A stretch of DNA of 64,000 bases from Betaproteobacteria bacterium RIFCSPLOWO2_02_FULL_67_26 (GCA_001771935.1 MERD01000039.1:31764-95763); one strand, 5' to 3'. Positions 45,395 through 55,121 are shown, numbered from the stretch's first letter. A program made the numbers and translations. Notes: generated by a model from the sequence alone, not told the origin.

Positions 45395-45453
45395 GGGCGG
45401 GAGGTCGGGATCCATCTCGCGATCTCCCGCTCTCCCGCTCTCCCGGCTTTTCA
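45390..45453 (+). repeat. G-arm/C-arm imperfect hairpin repeat, copy 1 (terminator-like, ends CTTTTCA)
   Basis: CGTGAGGGCGGGAGGTCGGGATCC..GATCTCCCGCTCTCCCGCTCTCCCGGCTTTTCA. The arms pair with G-U wobbles. The 15-mer CGTGAGGGCGGGAGG and the C-arm recur at 57750-57823. Confidence 0.75.
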
Positions 45454-45464
45454 AAGGAAGAGCA

Positions 45465-46121
45465 ATGAAATACTACGGATTCTGGCGCTCGCTCGCGGCC
45501 TGCCGCGTGCGGATCGCGTTGGCTCTGAAGAACATCAAGGCTGAGGAAATCTCCGTCAACCTGATGCAGGGCGAGCAGCTGAAGCCCGATTACGTCGCCG
45601 TCAACCCGCTGGCGGTCGTGCCCGCGCTCATCGACGACGGCGGGACGCCGCTGTTCGAGTCCATGGCGATCATCGAGTACCTGGACGAGACGCACCCGCA
45701 GCCGCCGCTGCTCCCCGGGGATCCCAGGGGACGCGCCCGGGTGCGCGGCCTCGCGCAGATCGTCGCCTGCGACGGGCACCCGCTGATCGTCCCGCGCGTG
45801 CGCAATTACCTCGAGAAGGAATTCAAGATCGACGAGGCCGCGCGCACCCGCTGGTGCCAGCACTGGATCGTGGAGGCGCTGAAGGCGGTCGAAGCGCACC
45901 TCGCGAAAGAGAAGGAAACCGGCCGCTATTGCCACGGCGACGCGGTGACCCTCGCCGATGTCTGCGTCGTCACCCAGGTCTTCGGCGCCCGCTTCTTCAA
46001 CTGCGATACCGCCGCGATCCCGACGGTCATGCGAATCTTCAATCAGTGCATGACGCTCGAGGCCTTCGACAAGTCGCAACCGCTCAAGCAGCCGGGGGCG
46101 CCGCAGGAACTCAAGCACTGA
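45465..46121 (+). CDS. maiA: maleylacetoacetate/maleylpyruvate isomerase (zeta-class GST)
   Basis: In ORF 44754..46121. Start ATG 45465. MKYYGFWRSLAACRVRIALALKNI, VVPALIDDGGTPLFESMAIIEYLDETHP. Confidence 0.8.
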   Translation: MKYYGFWRSLAACRVRIALALKNIKAEEISVNLMQGEQLKPDYVAVNPLAVVPALIDDGGTPLFESMAIIEYLDETHPQPPLLPGDPRGRARVRGLAQIVACDGHPLIVPRVRNYLEKEFKIDEAARTRWCQHWIVEALKAVEAHLAKEKETGRYCHGDAVTLADVCVVTQVFGARFFNCDTAAIPTVMRIFNQCMTLEAFDKSQPLKQPGAPQELKH

Positions 46122-46135
46122 TCAACGATTCGCCC

Positions 46136-47071
46136 GTGAATCCGGTCGCACTGAAGTGCGGCGGCTATCAGGAGCCCGCCTCCGTCCACAACCGCGCGGC
46201 AGCGCGCTTCGGCGAGCTGCTCACGCGGGCGCTCGGCGACCGTGTCCGCTTCGAGCTCATCGGGAGCATCCTGAAGCTCGGCCGCCCGTCGGGCGACCTG
46301 GTGCCGATGGTCGAGAAAGGAGAGCTGTCGTTCTGCTACATGTCGACGGTGCGCTTCTCGAAGGCGGCGCCCGCATTGCGGCTCCTCGAGCTGCCCTTCG
46401 TGGTCAAGGACCGCCGCGCCGTGTTCCAGGCGCTCGACGGCGAGTATGGGAAGCAGGCCGCGCGCCGGATCGAGGAGAACACGCCCTGCCGCGTGCTCGG
46501 GTTCTGGGACAACGGCTTCCGCCATCTCTCGAACCGCGTGCGGCCGATCCGCAGCCCCGAGGACTGCCGGGGGCTGCGCATCCGCACCCAGATGAGCGAC
46601 CTGCACGGCGAGACGTTTCGCGCGCTCGGTTTCGAGCCGGTCAAATCCGACGTCAAGGAGTTCACGGAGCAGATCGGCGGCGAGCGCTTCCAGGCCCAGG
46701 ACAACCCGCTCACCAACATCTACCACTTCGGCGTGCACCGCTACCACCGCTACATCACGCTCTCCGGCCACTTCTGGGGCGCGAGCGCGTTCGTGTGCAA
46801 CGCCGCGCACTACCGGAGCTGGCCGAAGGACGTGCAGGCCGCCGTGGACGCCGCCGCCCCCGAGGCGACGGCCTGCCAGCGGCAGCTCGCCGCGCAGGAG
46901 GATGCGGAGATCATGGCCAGGCTCGATCCCGCGAAAAACGAGGTCATCCAGCTGACCGACGAGGAGCGGAGCGCCTTCATGAAAGCCGTCGAGCCGGTGC
47001 TGCAGAAGCACCGAAAGGAATTCGATCCGAAGCTCTTTGCCAATCTCGAAGAGCGTCAAATCCCGAGATAG
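46136..47071 (+). CDS. DctP-type TRAP solute-binding protein homolog with no detectable signal peptide
   Basis: In ORF 45854..47071. The first start after the maiA stop is GTG 46136 (VNPVALKCGGYQEP..). DctP-like GFWDNGFRHLSN, GLRIRTQ, QAQDNPLTNI. No DctQ or DctM gene nearby. Confidence 0.65.
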   Translation: MNPVALKCGGYQEPASVHNRAAARFGELLTRALGDRVRFELIGSILKLGRPSGDLVPMVEKGELSFCYMSTVRFSKAAPALRLLELPFVVKDRRAVFQALDGEYGKQAARRIEENTPCRVLGFWDNGFRHLSNRVRPIRSPEDCRGLRIRTQMSDLHGETFRALGFEPVKSDVKEFTEQIGGERFQAQDNPLTNIYHFGVHRYHRYITLSGHFWGASAFVCNAAHYRSWPKDVQAAVDAAAPEATACQRQLAAQEDAEIMARLDPAKNEVIQLTDEERSAFMKAVEPVLQKHRKEFDPKLFANLEERQIPR

Positions 47072-47757
47072 CTGGATTTGACCTCCTCGTTGGCCCACAG
47101 CTCCTGGGGGGCGGCGGAATAGACCACCCGCCCCTTGCTCATCACGTGGACGTAGTCGACGAGCTTGAGCGCCAGGGCGGCATTCTGCTCGACGAGCAGG
47201 ATCGAGAGCCCTTCGTCCTTCAGCTTGCCGATGGCTTCCCACACCCCCTGGATGATGATAGGCGCGAGCCCCTCGGACGGCTCGTCCATGATCAGGCAAT
47301 CCGGGTTGGTCATGAGCCCGCGGCCAATGGCGAGCATCTGCTGCTCGCCGCCAGAGAGCGTCCGCGCGCGCTGCTCGCGCCGCTCCTTCAATCGGGGAAA
47401 CAGCGCGTAGACGCGCTCCAGGGTCCATCCGCGGCGCCCGTCGCTCCTTTCCGCCACCTTCAGGTTCTCCTCCACGCTGAGCGAGGGGAATACCCGGCGC
47501 CCCTGCGGCACCAGGCCCATCCCGCCCCGAACCGTTGCGAACGACGACTGGCCGGTAATGTCCACGCCCTTGAAGATGACCTTGCCCCGGCGCGGGGGGG
47601 TGAATCCGACGATCGAGTTGACGAGCGTCGTCTTGCCCACGCCGTTGCGCCCGAGCAAGCCCAGGATCTGCCCGTCCTCGAGCTGCAGGGACAGCCCCTG
47701 CAGCACGTAGGCATCACCGTAATAGGTGTGGACGTCCTGGACATCCAGGATCGGCAT
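47056..47757 (-). CDS. ABC transporter ATP-binding protein (LivF-like)
   Basis: ORF 47056..47757. Walker A GRNGVGKTT, signature LSGGEQQ. 16-nt convergent overlap with the DctP-like gene. Confidence 0.9.
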   Translation of the reverse strand: MPILDVQDVHTYYGDAYVLQGLSLQLEDGQILGLLGRNGVGKTTLVNSIVGFTPPRRGKVIFKGVDITGQSSFATVRGGMGLVPQGRRVFPSLSVEENLKVAERSDGRRGWTLERVYALFPRLKERREQRARTLSGGEQQMLAIGRGLMTNPDCLIMDEPSEGLAPIIIQGVWEAIGKLKDEGLSILLVEQNAALALKLVDYVHVMSKGRVVYSAAPQELWANEEVKSSYLGI

Positions 47758-47776
47758 GACGATGACTTGCGGGCGC

Positions 47777-48541
47777 TCAGCCCGTTCCCAGGTAAATTTC
47801 CTGCACCCGCGCGCTCGCCCGGATGCTTGCCGTCGTCCCTTCCTCCACGACCTCGCCGAAATGCAGGACCGAGATGTGATCCACGACGTCGAACACGACG
47901 TCCATGTCGTGCTCGATCAGGAGGATCGCGAGACCGGGGTCGAGCCGCTTGAGGAACTGCGCCATCTCGCGCGACTCGCCCGACGCGAGGCCGGCCGCGG
48001 GCTCGTCGAGCAGCAGGATCTTCGGGTCGCTGGCCAGGCCGAGAACGATTTCAACCTGGCGCCGCTCGCCGTGGGACAGATTGCGGACCTCGACGTCGCG
48101 GCGGTCCCAGTAGCCGGCGCTTTCCAGCAGCTGCCGGGCCTTGTCGTGCACGTCGCGGTATGACGACAGCGGCCGCCACATCACGTACTTGCTCCGGCGC
48201 AGGCCCTTGATCGCGAGCAGCACGTTGTCGAGGACCGTCAGCTTCGGAAACAGGCTGGTGACCTGGAAGGTGCGCGCCATGCCCAGTGCCGTGCGCCGGT
48301 GGCTCGGCCAGCCGGTGATGTTTTCGCCGAACAGCAGGGCCGCGCCCGAGCTGGCAGGCAGGACGCCCGTGATGACGTTGAACAGCGTCGTCTTTCCCGC
48401 CCCGTTCGGGCCGATGATGGCCTTGCGGTCTCCCGGAAAGACTTTCAGGTTGACGCCCTGGACGGCGTTGAGACCGCCAAAATTCTTGGAAAGCCCCCTC
48501 AGTTCGAGCACGGCCGCTCCCCCGGTGTTGCGGATCGCCAT
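47777..48541 (-). CDS. ABC transporter ATP-binding protein (LivG-like)
   Basis: ORF 47777..48541. GPNGAGKTT, LSHGERRQ, LLLDEPAAG. Confidence 0.9.
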   Translation of the reverse strand: MAIRNTGGAAVLELRGLSKNFGGLNAVQGVNLKVFPGDRKAIIGPNGAGKTTLFNVITGVLPASSGAALLFGENITGWPSHRRTALGMARTFQVTSLFPKLTVLDNVLLAIKGLRRSKYVMWRPLSSYRDVHDKARQLLESAGYWDRRDVEVRNLSHGERRQVEIVLGLASDPKILLLDEPAAGLASGESREMAQFLKRLDPGLAILLIEHDMDVVFDVVDHISVLHFGEVVEEGTTASIRASARVQEIYLGTG

Positions 48542-48617
48542 GGCGGGTCTCGAACCTCCGTTTTACGGCAAGACAGTCCGGAGCCCCGCCGCGGGGGCCC
48601 CGGCATCCGTCAATCCG

Positions 48618-49883
48618 TCATTCGCAGAACTTGCACGGGGGGAAGTCCCGGCTGTAGACCGGCTGCTTCAGGAACTCCGCCTTGCCGAACTTCCAGAACT
48701 GGCTCACGTTCGGGTAGGTCTTGACCACGCTGTTCCAGAGCTCGTCCTTCGCGTAGCCGTGCAGCTTCTTCCTCTCCACCTTCCGGATGTAGACGTTGTG
48801 GACGGGATTCTTCATCTCGTCCAGGCGCACCGGCCCGCGGGCGGTCTCGAGCTGGATGCTCGCGAGCAACTTGACGAATTGCTCCGCGCCCGGCCACTTG
48901 CCCTTCGTCTTCTTCATGACCTCGTGGATCATCTGCGCGGTCGTGTAGTTGGATTCCGAGTAGTACGACGGGACCTTGCCGTACTTCTCGCGGTACTTCT
49001 TGACGAAGGCCGCGTTGCGCGGAGTCTCCAGGGCGGCGCTGTACTGGAGCGCCGAAACATGGCCGATCACCTCGTCCCCCATGGAGGGAAGCACGAACTC
49101 GTCGTAGCTCGTGCCGCCGCCCAGGACCGGCTTCTTGATCCCCGCTGACGCCAGCTGCTTGGGAAACTGGAGCGACATCGGCCCGACCATGAGCGTGAAG
49201 ATCGCGTCCGCGTCCTTTTTCAGGGTCGGTATGAACGGCCCGAAATCGATCGTCCCCAGCGGCGGCCATATTTTCTGGATGATCCTGCCGCCGCAGGCTT
49301 CGAACGCCCTCTGGAATCCGCCCACGACCTCGTGCCCGAAGGCGTAGTCGGCCGCGATCGCCACGATGCGCTTGTAGCCCTGCTCGCAGGCCCACTCGCC
49401 GAACGGGTGGTTGGGCTGGGAGCTGGTCCAGCCGGTGCGGACCAGCAGCGGAAACTTGGCGCTGTCCCGCTGCGTCAGGTCGTCCGCGGCCGGGATCGAA
49501 GCGACGTAGACCGTCTTCAGGCGCGTGCTGACCGGCGCGAGCGCGTAGCCCGTCGACGCCAGCAGCCCCCCGATGAACATGTGCACCTTGTCCTGGCGGA
49601 TGAGCTTCTCGACCTTGCGCACCCCGACCGGCGGCTTGCCCTCCTCGTCCTCGACGATGAACTTCACCTTGGCGCCGGCGAAGTCGCCTTTGACCTCATC
49701 CAGGTACATCTGGAAGCCGTTGGTCATGTCCTTGCCGATCTGCGCGAATATGCCGGTCGTCGGCGCCAGGAAGCCGATGCGCAGCTCCTGCGCGGCGCCC
49801 GATTCCCGGCTCATGCCCGTTCCAGCGGCCAGGCCCACTGCCACCAATCCCCAACTCAAGCTTCGTGCGATCTTGCTCAACAT
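48618..49883 (-). CDS. ABC transporter substrate-binding protein (LivK/Leu-Ile-Val family)
   Basis: In ORF 48618..50522. Start ATG 49883 follows GGAGGGAGG. Signal peptide MLSKIARSLSWGLVAVGLAAG, then LRIGFLAPTTGIFAQIGKDM. Confidence 0.85.
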   Translation of the reverse strand: MLSKIARSLSWGLVAVGLAAGTGMSRESGAAQELRIGFLAPTTGIFAQIGKDMTNGFQMYLDEVKGDFAGAKVKFIVEDEEGKPPVGVRKVEKLIRQDKVHMFIGGLLASTGYALAPVSTRLKTVYVASIPAADDLTQRDSAKFPLLVRTGWTSSQPNHPFGEWACEQGYKRIVAIAADYAFGHEVVGGFQRAFEACGGRIIQKIWPPLGTIDFGPFIPTLKKDADAIFTLMVGPMSLQFPKQLASAGIKKPVLGGGTSYDEFVLPSMGDEVIGHVSALQYSAALETPRNAAFVKKYREKYGKVPSYYSESNYTTAQMIHEVMKKTKGKWPGAEQFVKLLASIQLETARGPVRLDEMKNPVHNVYIRKVERKKLHGYAKDELWNSVVKTYPNVSQFWKFGKAEFLKQPVYSRDFPPCKFCE

Positions 49884-49900
49884 GGCTACCCCTCCCTCCA

Positions 49901-50899
49901 TTAGTGAGACACAGACGGCAAACTCTTCACTTCGCCGGCAACCGCCGCGGGCATGCGCGAGCCTCGAATCCGCTCGGGCAGGCCCATCAGGCCGCCCGGG
50001 AGATAGAGTATCGTAAGTACATACACTCCGCCCAGCACGTACTGCCACCACGGGACGAGCGTGCTCAGGTATTCCCGCAGGAAGACGACGATTCCCGCGC
50101 CGATAGCGCCTCCGACCAGGGTCCCCGGGCCACCCAGCACCACCATCAGGAGCGCGTCCACCGAGGTCGCCAGGATCACGTCTTCCGGGCTGACGAGGCC
50201 GTGCGCCTGCGCCCACAGCACCCCGGCGAGCCCCCCGTATCCCCCGGCGATGATGAACGCGATGTATTTGTGCAGCCAGGTGTTGTATCCCAGGATGCGC
50301 ATGCGCAGCTCGTTCTCCCGGATCCCGACCAGGCTGTGCCCGAATGGCGACCGGACGAGGAGATAAAGGGTCGCGAGCGATACCGCGAAAAACCCGAACA
50401 CCAGGTAGAAATAGGTCACGTCGTCGGCGAGCTCGATGCCGAACTCCGGCCGGGGTGGAAGGACGATGCCGTTGTCCCCGCCGGTCAGGGAATTCCACCG
50501 GTAGGCGAGCCCCCATACGCACATCCCGAGCGCGAGGGTGATCATCAGGAAATAGACGCCCGTTGCGCGGATGGCAAACAAGCCGAAGAACGCCGCCGTT
50601 GCGGCTGCGATCAATATCCCCAGCACCACCACCACCCAGAAGGTCCAGTCCAGCCCGAACTGGTAGCGGGTGGCCAGGACGGCCGTCAGGTAGGCGCCCA
50701 TGCCCAGGTACGCCGCCTGGCCGAGCGACGGCAATCCGGTGTAGCCGAGCAGGATGTCGAGGCTCATGGCCAGGATGCCGAAGATCAGCGCGTGCGTGAC
50801 GAGAACGATCACGTACGAGCCGGAGAACGGCGTGATCACCAGGACGGCGAGCAGCGCCGCGACGACCATCAGGATCTTGCGGCGGTTGTCCATCGTCAT
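49901..50899 (-). CDS. branched-chain-type ABC permease (LivM-like)
   Basis: ORF 49901..50899. Polytopic. ATGA overlap with the upstream permease gene. Confidence 0.85.
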   Translation of the reverse strand: MTMDNRRKILMVVAALLAVLVITPFSGSYVIVLVTHALIFGILAMSLDILLGYTGLPSLGQAAYLGMGAYLTAVLATRYQFGLDWTFWVVVVLGILIAAATAAFFGLFAIRATGVYFLMITLALGMCVWGLAYRWNSLTGGDNGIVLPPRPEFGIELADDVTYFYLVFGFFAVSLATLYLLVRSPFGHSLVGIRENELRMRILGYNTWLHKYIAFIIAGGYGGLAGVLWAQAHGLVSPEDVILATSVDALLMVVLGGPGTLVGGAIGAGIVVFLREYLSTLVPWWQYVLGGVYVLTILYLPGGLMGLPERIRGSRMPAAVAGEVKSLPSVSH

Positions 50900-51756
50900 T
50901 CCCGGCCGAACAGGCCGGTCGGCTTCAGCGCCAGGATCAGCACCATCGGCGCGTAGAGCGTGAAATAGGAGACCTCCGGGACGAGCGCCTTGCCGAAGTT
51001 GTCGGCCAGGCCGACGATCAGGCTGCCCACGGCCGCTCCCGTCAGGCTCCCCATGCCCCCGATGATCACCACCGCAAAGGCGATGGGCAGGATCGCGAAA
51101 TCCAGCCCCGGGTAGATGCCGAGGAAAGCCCCCCCGATCACGCCCCCCAATGCGGCAAGGAACGCGCCGAGGGCGAAGATGAGCATGGACACGCGGGAGG
51201 TGTCGATGCCCACCCCGCGGGCCATCTCCGCGTCATCCACCGTTGCGCGGACCATGGCCCCGATGCGCGTCTTTTCCATGGTGAGCCACAGGATCACGCC
51301 GATCGCGACCGCCACGCCGATCATGAAGATCCGGTACATCGGGAAATAGTAGCCCCCGACGACCGCGCTGTCCCTCAGCACGGCGGGCGGGACGATGTCG
51401 AGGTTGTCGCCGCCCCAGATGTCCAGGGCTGCCTGCTGAAACAGGTACGCGAAGCCCACCGTCAGCAGGACCTGCCGCAGCGGATCGAACCCCAGGGGCC
51501 TCAAGCAGGTCCGCTCCATGAGCAGGCCCACCACGGCGACGGCGAATGCGGCAACCGGTATTGCGAGCAGCCAGGAGCCCGTCGTCCAGATCACCGTGAG
51601 CGCGACGTAGCCGCCGAGCAGGAAGAAGGAGCCATGCGCAAGATTGACGATGCGCATCACCCCGAATATCAGCGAGAGGCCGCTGGCGAGCAGGAACAGC
51701 AGGGCGCCGTACGAAACCCCGTTGAACGCCTGGATGACCCAGAAGTTCGTATCCAA
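50896..51756 (-). CDS. branched-chain-type ABC permease (LivH-like)
   Basis: ORF 50896..51756. TTG start preceded by GGAGGAGG. NGVSYGALLFLLASGLSLIFGVMRIVNLAHG. Confidence 0.85.
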   Translation of the reverse strand: MDTNFWVIQAFNGVSYGALLFLLASGLSLIFGVMRIVNLAHGSFFLLGGYVALTVIWTTGSWLLAIPVAAFAVAVVGLLMERTCLRPLGFDPLRQVLLTVGFAYLFQQAALDIWGGDNLDIVPPAVLRDSAVVGGYYFPMYRIFMIGVAVAIGVILWLTMEKTRIGAMVRATVDDAEMARGVGIDTSRVSMLIFALGAFLAALGGVIGGAFLGIYPGLDFAILPIAFAVVIIGGMGSLTGAAVGSLIVGLADNFGKALVPEVSYFTLYAPMVLILALKPTGLFGRE

Positions 51757-51875
51757 CTCCCCTCCTCCGTCCCGGCGCCGGAAGTCCCGGCCCGCCGCTA
51801 GTTACTCAATCCCCCCCTGCCCCCTTTTGTCAAAGGCGGGAGACCTGAATAGGTCGGGGGGATTCCATCACCGCG

Positions 51876-52847
51876 TCATCGCCGCTCGATCTTGGCGATG
51901 CGCGTGATCTCCGCATAGCGTTTCAGGTCGGCGCGGAACAGCTTCTCCCACTCGGCCGGCGTGTGGCCCTGGGGCTCGTAGCCGCCATTGAGGAAGTGAT
52001 CGCGCACGTGGGGCACCTTCAGCGCGTTGCGGATCGCCTCCTGCATCCTTTTCAAGGCCGCGGGCGGAGTCTTCGCGGGGGCGAACACGCCATGCCATCC
52101 GGCGTCGGCGAGGAAGCCGGGAAGTGCCGATTCCGCCACCGTGGGCACGTCCGGCAACGACGCCAGGCGCTTGCCGCCGGTGAAGCCCAGCCCCCGCAGC
52201 CGGCCCGCCTTGACGTGCGGGATACCGACCGCCGGCGCCGGAAAATGGATCTGGACCTCGCCGCCGATGGCGGCGGTCACCGCCGGGCCGCCCCCCTTGT
52301 ACGGGACGTGCAGCATGTCGACGCCGGCCTTCTCGGCAAACAGCGCCCCGGTCAAGTGCTGGCCGTTGCCGACGCCCGCCGTGCTGTAGCGGACCTTCCC
52401 CGGCTGCTGTTTCGCCAGCGCGATCAGCTCCTTCACCGTCTTGGCCTGAAACCTGGGGTTGCCTACTATCAGGTAGCCCGTGCCGAGCGCGACGTCCGTG
52501 ACCGGCGCGAAGTCCTTCACGACGTCGAACGGCATCTTGCTGACGATGGACGGGTTGACCGCGAAGGAAAACGACACATTGAGCATGGTGTAGCCGTCGG
52601 GCGTCGCGTTCGCGACGATGTGCGAGCCCAGCATGCCGTTGGCGCCGCCGCGGTTGTCGATCACGATCGTCTGCCCCAGCTCCTTCTCGACCTGCTGGTA
52701 CAGGACCCGCGCGAACACGTCCACGTTCCCGCCCGGCGGGAACGGAATGACGATCCGGACCGGCCGGGTGGGATAGGACTGTCCGATTGCCATGCTCGCG
52801 GCTGCAACGGAAGCCACTGCTATTGCCAAAGCCAGGATGCGACGCAT
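51876..52847 (-). CDS. Bug-family substrate-binding protein
   Basis: ORF 51876..52847. Signal peptide MRRILALAIAVASVAAASMA, then YPTRPVRIVIPFPPGGNVDVFARVL. GAGGAGG Shine-Dalgarno. Confidence 0.85.
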   Translation of the reverse strand: MRRILALAIAVASVAAASMAIGQSYPTRPVRIVIPFPPGGNVDVFARVLYQQVEKELGQTIVIDNRGGANGMLGSHIVANATPDGYTMLNVSFSFAVNPSIVSKMPFDVVKDFAPVTDVALGTGYLIVGNPRFQAKTVKELIALAKQQPGKVRYSTAGVGNGQHLTGALFAEKAGVDMLHVPYKGGGPAVTAAIGGEVQIHFPAPAVGIPHVKAGRLRGLGFTGGKRLASLPDVPTVAESALPGFLADAGWHGVFAPAKTPPAALKRMQEAIRNALKVPHVRDHFLNGGYEPQGHTPAEWEKLFRADLKRYAEITRIAKIERR

Positions 52848-52983
52848 TATTTTTCCTCCTCAACGATTCGAGATTTTCGGTCCCGCGACGGGATTGCGGG
52901 CTGCAGCGCGTATTTTAAGCATATTTTCACGCTTTTCCCGCCCCTGGGATACACTATTGCGGCTGAAATCCCGGGAGAGGCAT

Positions 52984-54171
52984 ATGCGATTCGCAGGCCT
53001 GGTCAACAAACTGCTGGTCGGCGCGGCGTTGCTCTGCGCTGCAACCGCGTCCGCTCAAACCATCAAGATCGGCGTCATCAACACCTATTCCGGACCGTTC
53101 GCGACGCTCGGCGATCTGATCGACAAGGGTTTCAAGCTGTACATGAAGCAGAACGCCGCCAAGCTGCCGCCGGGCGTGAAAATCGAGCTGGTGATCCGCG
53201 ACGCCGGCGGCCCCAACCCCGACAAGGCAAAGCAGCTCGCGCAGGAGCTGATCGTGCGCGACAAGATCCAGATACTGACCGGCGTCGTGTTCACGCCGAA
53301 CGCGATGGCGATCGCTCCCCTCACCCAGGAAGCGAAGCTGCCGTTTTTCATCATGAACGCGGGCACCTCGGTCATCACCACCCGCTCGCCCTACATCGCG
53401 CGTTTCTCGTTCACGCTCTGGCAGTCGACCTACCCGCTCGGCGCGTGGGCGTCCAGAAAATACAAGACCGCCTACATCGCGGTCAGCGATTTCGCCCCGG
53501 GCCACGACAGCGAGGCGGGATTCGAGCGGGGCTTCACGGAAGGCGGCGGCAAGATCGTCGGCAAGGTGCGCATCCCGCTTGCCAACCCGGATTTCGTCCC
53601 GTTCATGCAGCGCGCCAAGGATGCCAGGCCCGACGTGGTGTTCTCGTTCATTCCGGCGGGCCGCCAGGCAACCCAGATCATGAAGGCGTACGGCGATCTG
53701 GGCCTCGGCAAGGCCGGGGTCAAGTTCATCGGCCCGGGCGATATCACCACCGACGAGGAGCTGCCCAACATGGGTGACCTCGCGCTCGGCGTAATCACGA
53801 TGCACCACTACTCGGCCGCGGCCACCCGTCCCGCGAACAAGGCCTTCATCGCCGCCTGGAAAAAGGAATATGGCGAGAAGTCGTGGCCGAGCTTCATGTC
53901 CGTCGGCGCGTGGGACGCGATGGACGCGATTTACTACGTGATCCGCGAGCAAAAGGGCAGGATCGACCCGGACCGCACCATGGCACTGGTGAAGCAATAC
54001 AAGAATCCGAACAGCCCGCGCGGCCCGATCGCGATCGATCCCGCAACCCGCGACATCATCCAGAACGAGTACATGCGCGAGGTCAGGAAAGTCGGCGGCC
54101 AGCTCGCCAACGTGGAATTCGAGACGTTTGCCCAGGTGAAGGACCCCTGGAAAGAACTCCAGAAGAAGTAA
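52984..54171 (+). CDS. ABC transporter substrate-binding protein (LivK family)
   Basis: In ORF 52792..54171. Start ATG 52984. Signal peptide MRFAGLVNKLLVGAALLCAATASA, then IKIGVINTYSGPFATLG. Confidence 0.85.
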   Translation: MRFAGLVNKLLVGAALLCAATASAQTIKIGVINTYSGPFATLGDLIDKGFKLYMKQNAAKLPPGVKIELVIRDAGGPNPDKAKQLAQELIVRDKIQILTGVVFTPNAMAIAPLTQEAKLPFFIMNAGTSVITTRSPYIARFSFTLWQSTYPLGAWASRKYKTAYIAVSDFAPGHDSEAGFERGFTEGGGKIVGKVRIPLANPDFVPFMQRAKDARPDVVFSFIPAGRQATQIMKAYGDLGLGKAGVKFIGPGDITTDEELPNMGDLALGVITMHHYSAAATRPANKAFIAAWKKEYGEKSWPSFMSVGAWDAMDAIYYVIREQKGRIDPDRTMALVKQYKNPNSPRGPIAIDPATRDIIQNEYMREVRKVGGQLANVEFETFAQVKDPWKELQKK

Positions 54172-54180
54172 CCCGTCATG

Positions 54181-54216
54181 AAACCCGGGCCATCGGCTTG
54201 GCCCGGGTTTTCTTTT
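54181..54216 (+). terminator. intra-operon rho-independent hairpin after the binding-protein gene
   Basis: AAACCCGGGCC-ATCGGCTT-GGCCCGGGTTTTCTTTT, 10 nt after the stop and 30 nt before the permease start. Confidence 0.7.
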
Positions 54217-54245
54217 CCCGGCAACCGCCGGTGTCCGGCGCCTAG

Positions 54246-55121
54246 ATGGAAGCATTCCTGTCATCGCTCGTGAGCGTCGCCTTCCACGGCGCCGCCTACG
54301 GCATGATCCTCTACGTGATCTCCGTCGGCTTGTCGGTGACGATGGGCCTGATGGGGTTCGTCAACCTCGCCCACGGCGTGTTCGCGATGGCGGGCGGCTA
54401 CATTCTGATCGCCGCGATGGATCGCTTCGGCGTCTCCTATCCACTCGGGCTGGCGCTGGCCTTCGTGCTGGTCGCGGCGGGCAGCGTGGTGCTCGAACGC
54501 CTGCTGTATTCGCGCCTGTACACCGCGGGCGAGCTGGCGCAGGTGCTGTTCACGATCGGCCTCATCTTCATCGCGGTGGCGACCGCGCGGCTCCTGTTCG
54601 GCACCTTGCAGCTCCTGGTCCCCCTGCCCGACTACCTGAAGGGCCAGTTCGGACTGCTCGGGCGCGACTTTCCCGCGTTCCGCGTGTTTCTCATCGCGTT
54701 CAGCGCGGTGATGGTCGGCATCCTCTGGTACGGGGTCGAGCGCACGCGCTGGGGCGCGATGGTGCGGGCCGCCGTCGATAACGGCCCGATGGCGCAATCC
54801 ATCGGCATCAACACGCGGCGGTTGTTCACCATCACGTTCGCGCTCGGCAGCGGGCTTGCGGGACTCGGCGGCGCGCTGGGCGCCGAGATTCTCACCGTGC
54901 AGCCCACCTATCCCTTCGAGCACCTCGTCTACTTCCTGATCGTGGTGGCGGTCGGTGGCCTCGGGTCGCTGCGCGGGCCGTTCTTCGCGGCCCTGCTCAT
55001 CGGCGTGACCGACACCGCCTGCAAGTACTGGGTGCCGCAATTCGGCGCATTCTTCATCTACGTGGCGACGATCGCGATCCTGCTGTGGCGGCCGGCAGGG
55101 TTGTTCGGGAGGCAGGGGTGA
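54246..55121 (+). CDS. branched-chain-type ABC permease (LivH-like)
   Basis: ORF 54246..55121. GAAYGMILYVISVGLSVTMGLMGFVNLAHG. Confidence 0.85.
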   Translation: MEAFLSSLVSVAFHGAAYGMILYVISVGLSVTMGLMGFVNLAHGVFAMAGGYILIAAMDRFGVSYPLGLALAFVLVAAGSVVLERLLYSRLYTAGELAQVLFTIGLIFIAVATARLLFGTLQLLVPLPDYLKGQFGLLGRDFPAFRVFLIAFSAVMVGILWYGVERTRWGAMVRAAVDNGPMAQSIGINTRRLFTITFALGSGLAGLGGALGAEILTVQPTYPFEHLVYFLIVVAVGGLGSLRGPFFAALLIGVTDTACKYWVPQFGAFFIYVATIAILLWRPAGLFGRQG

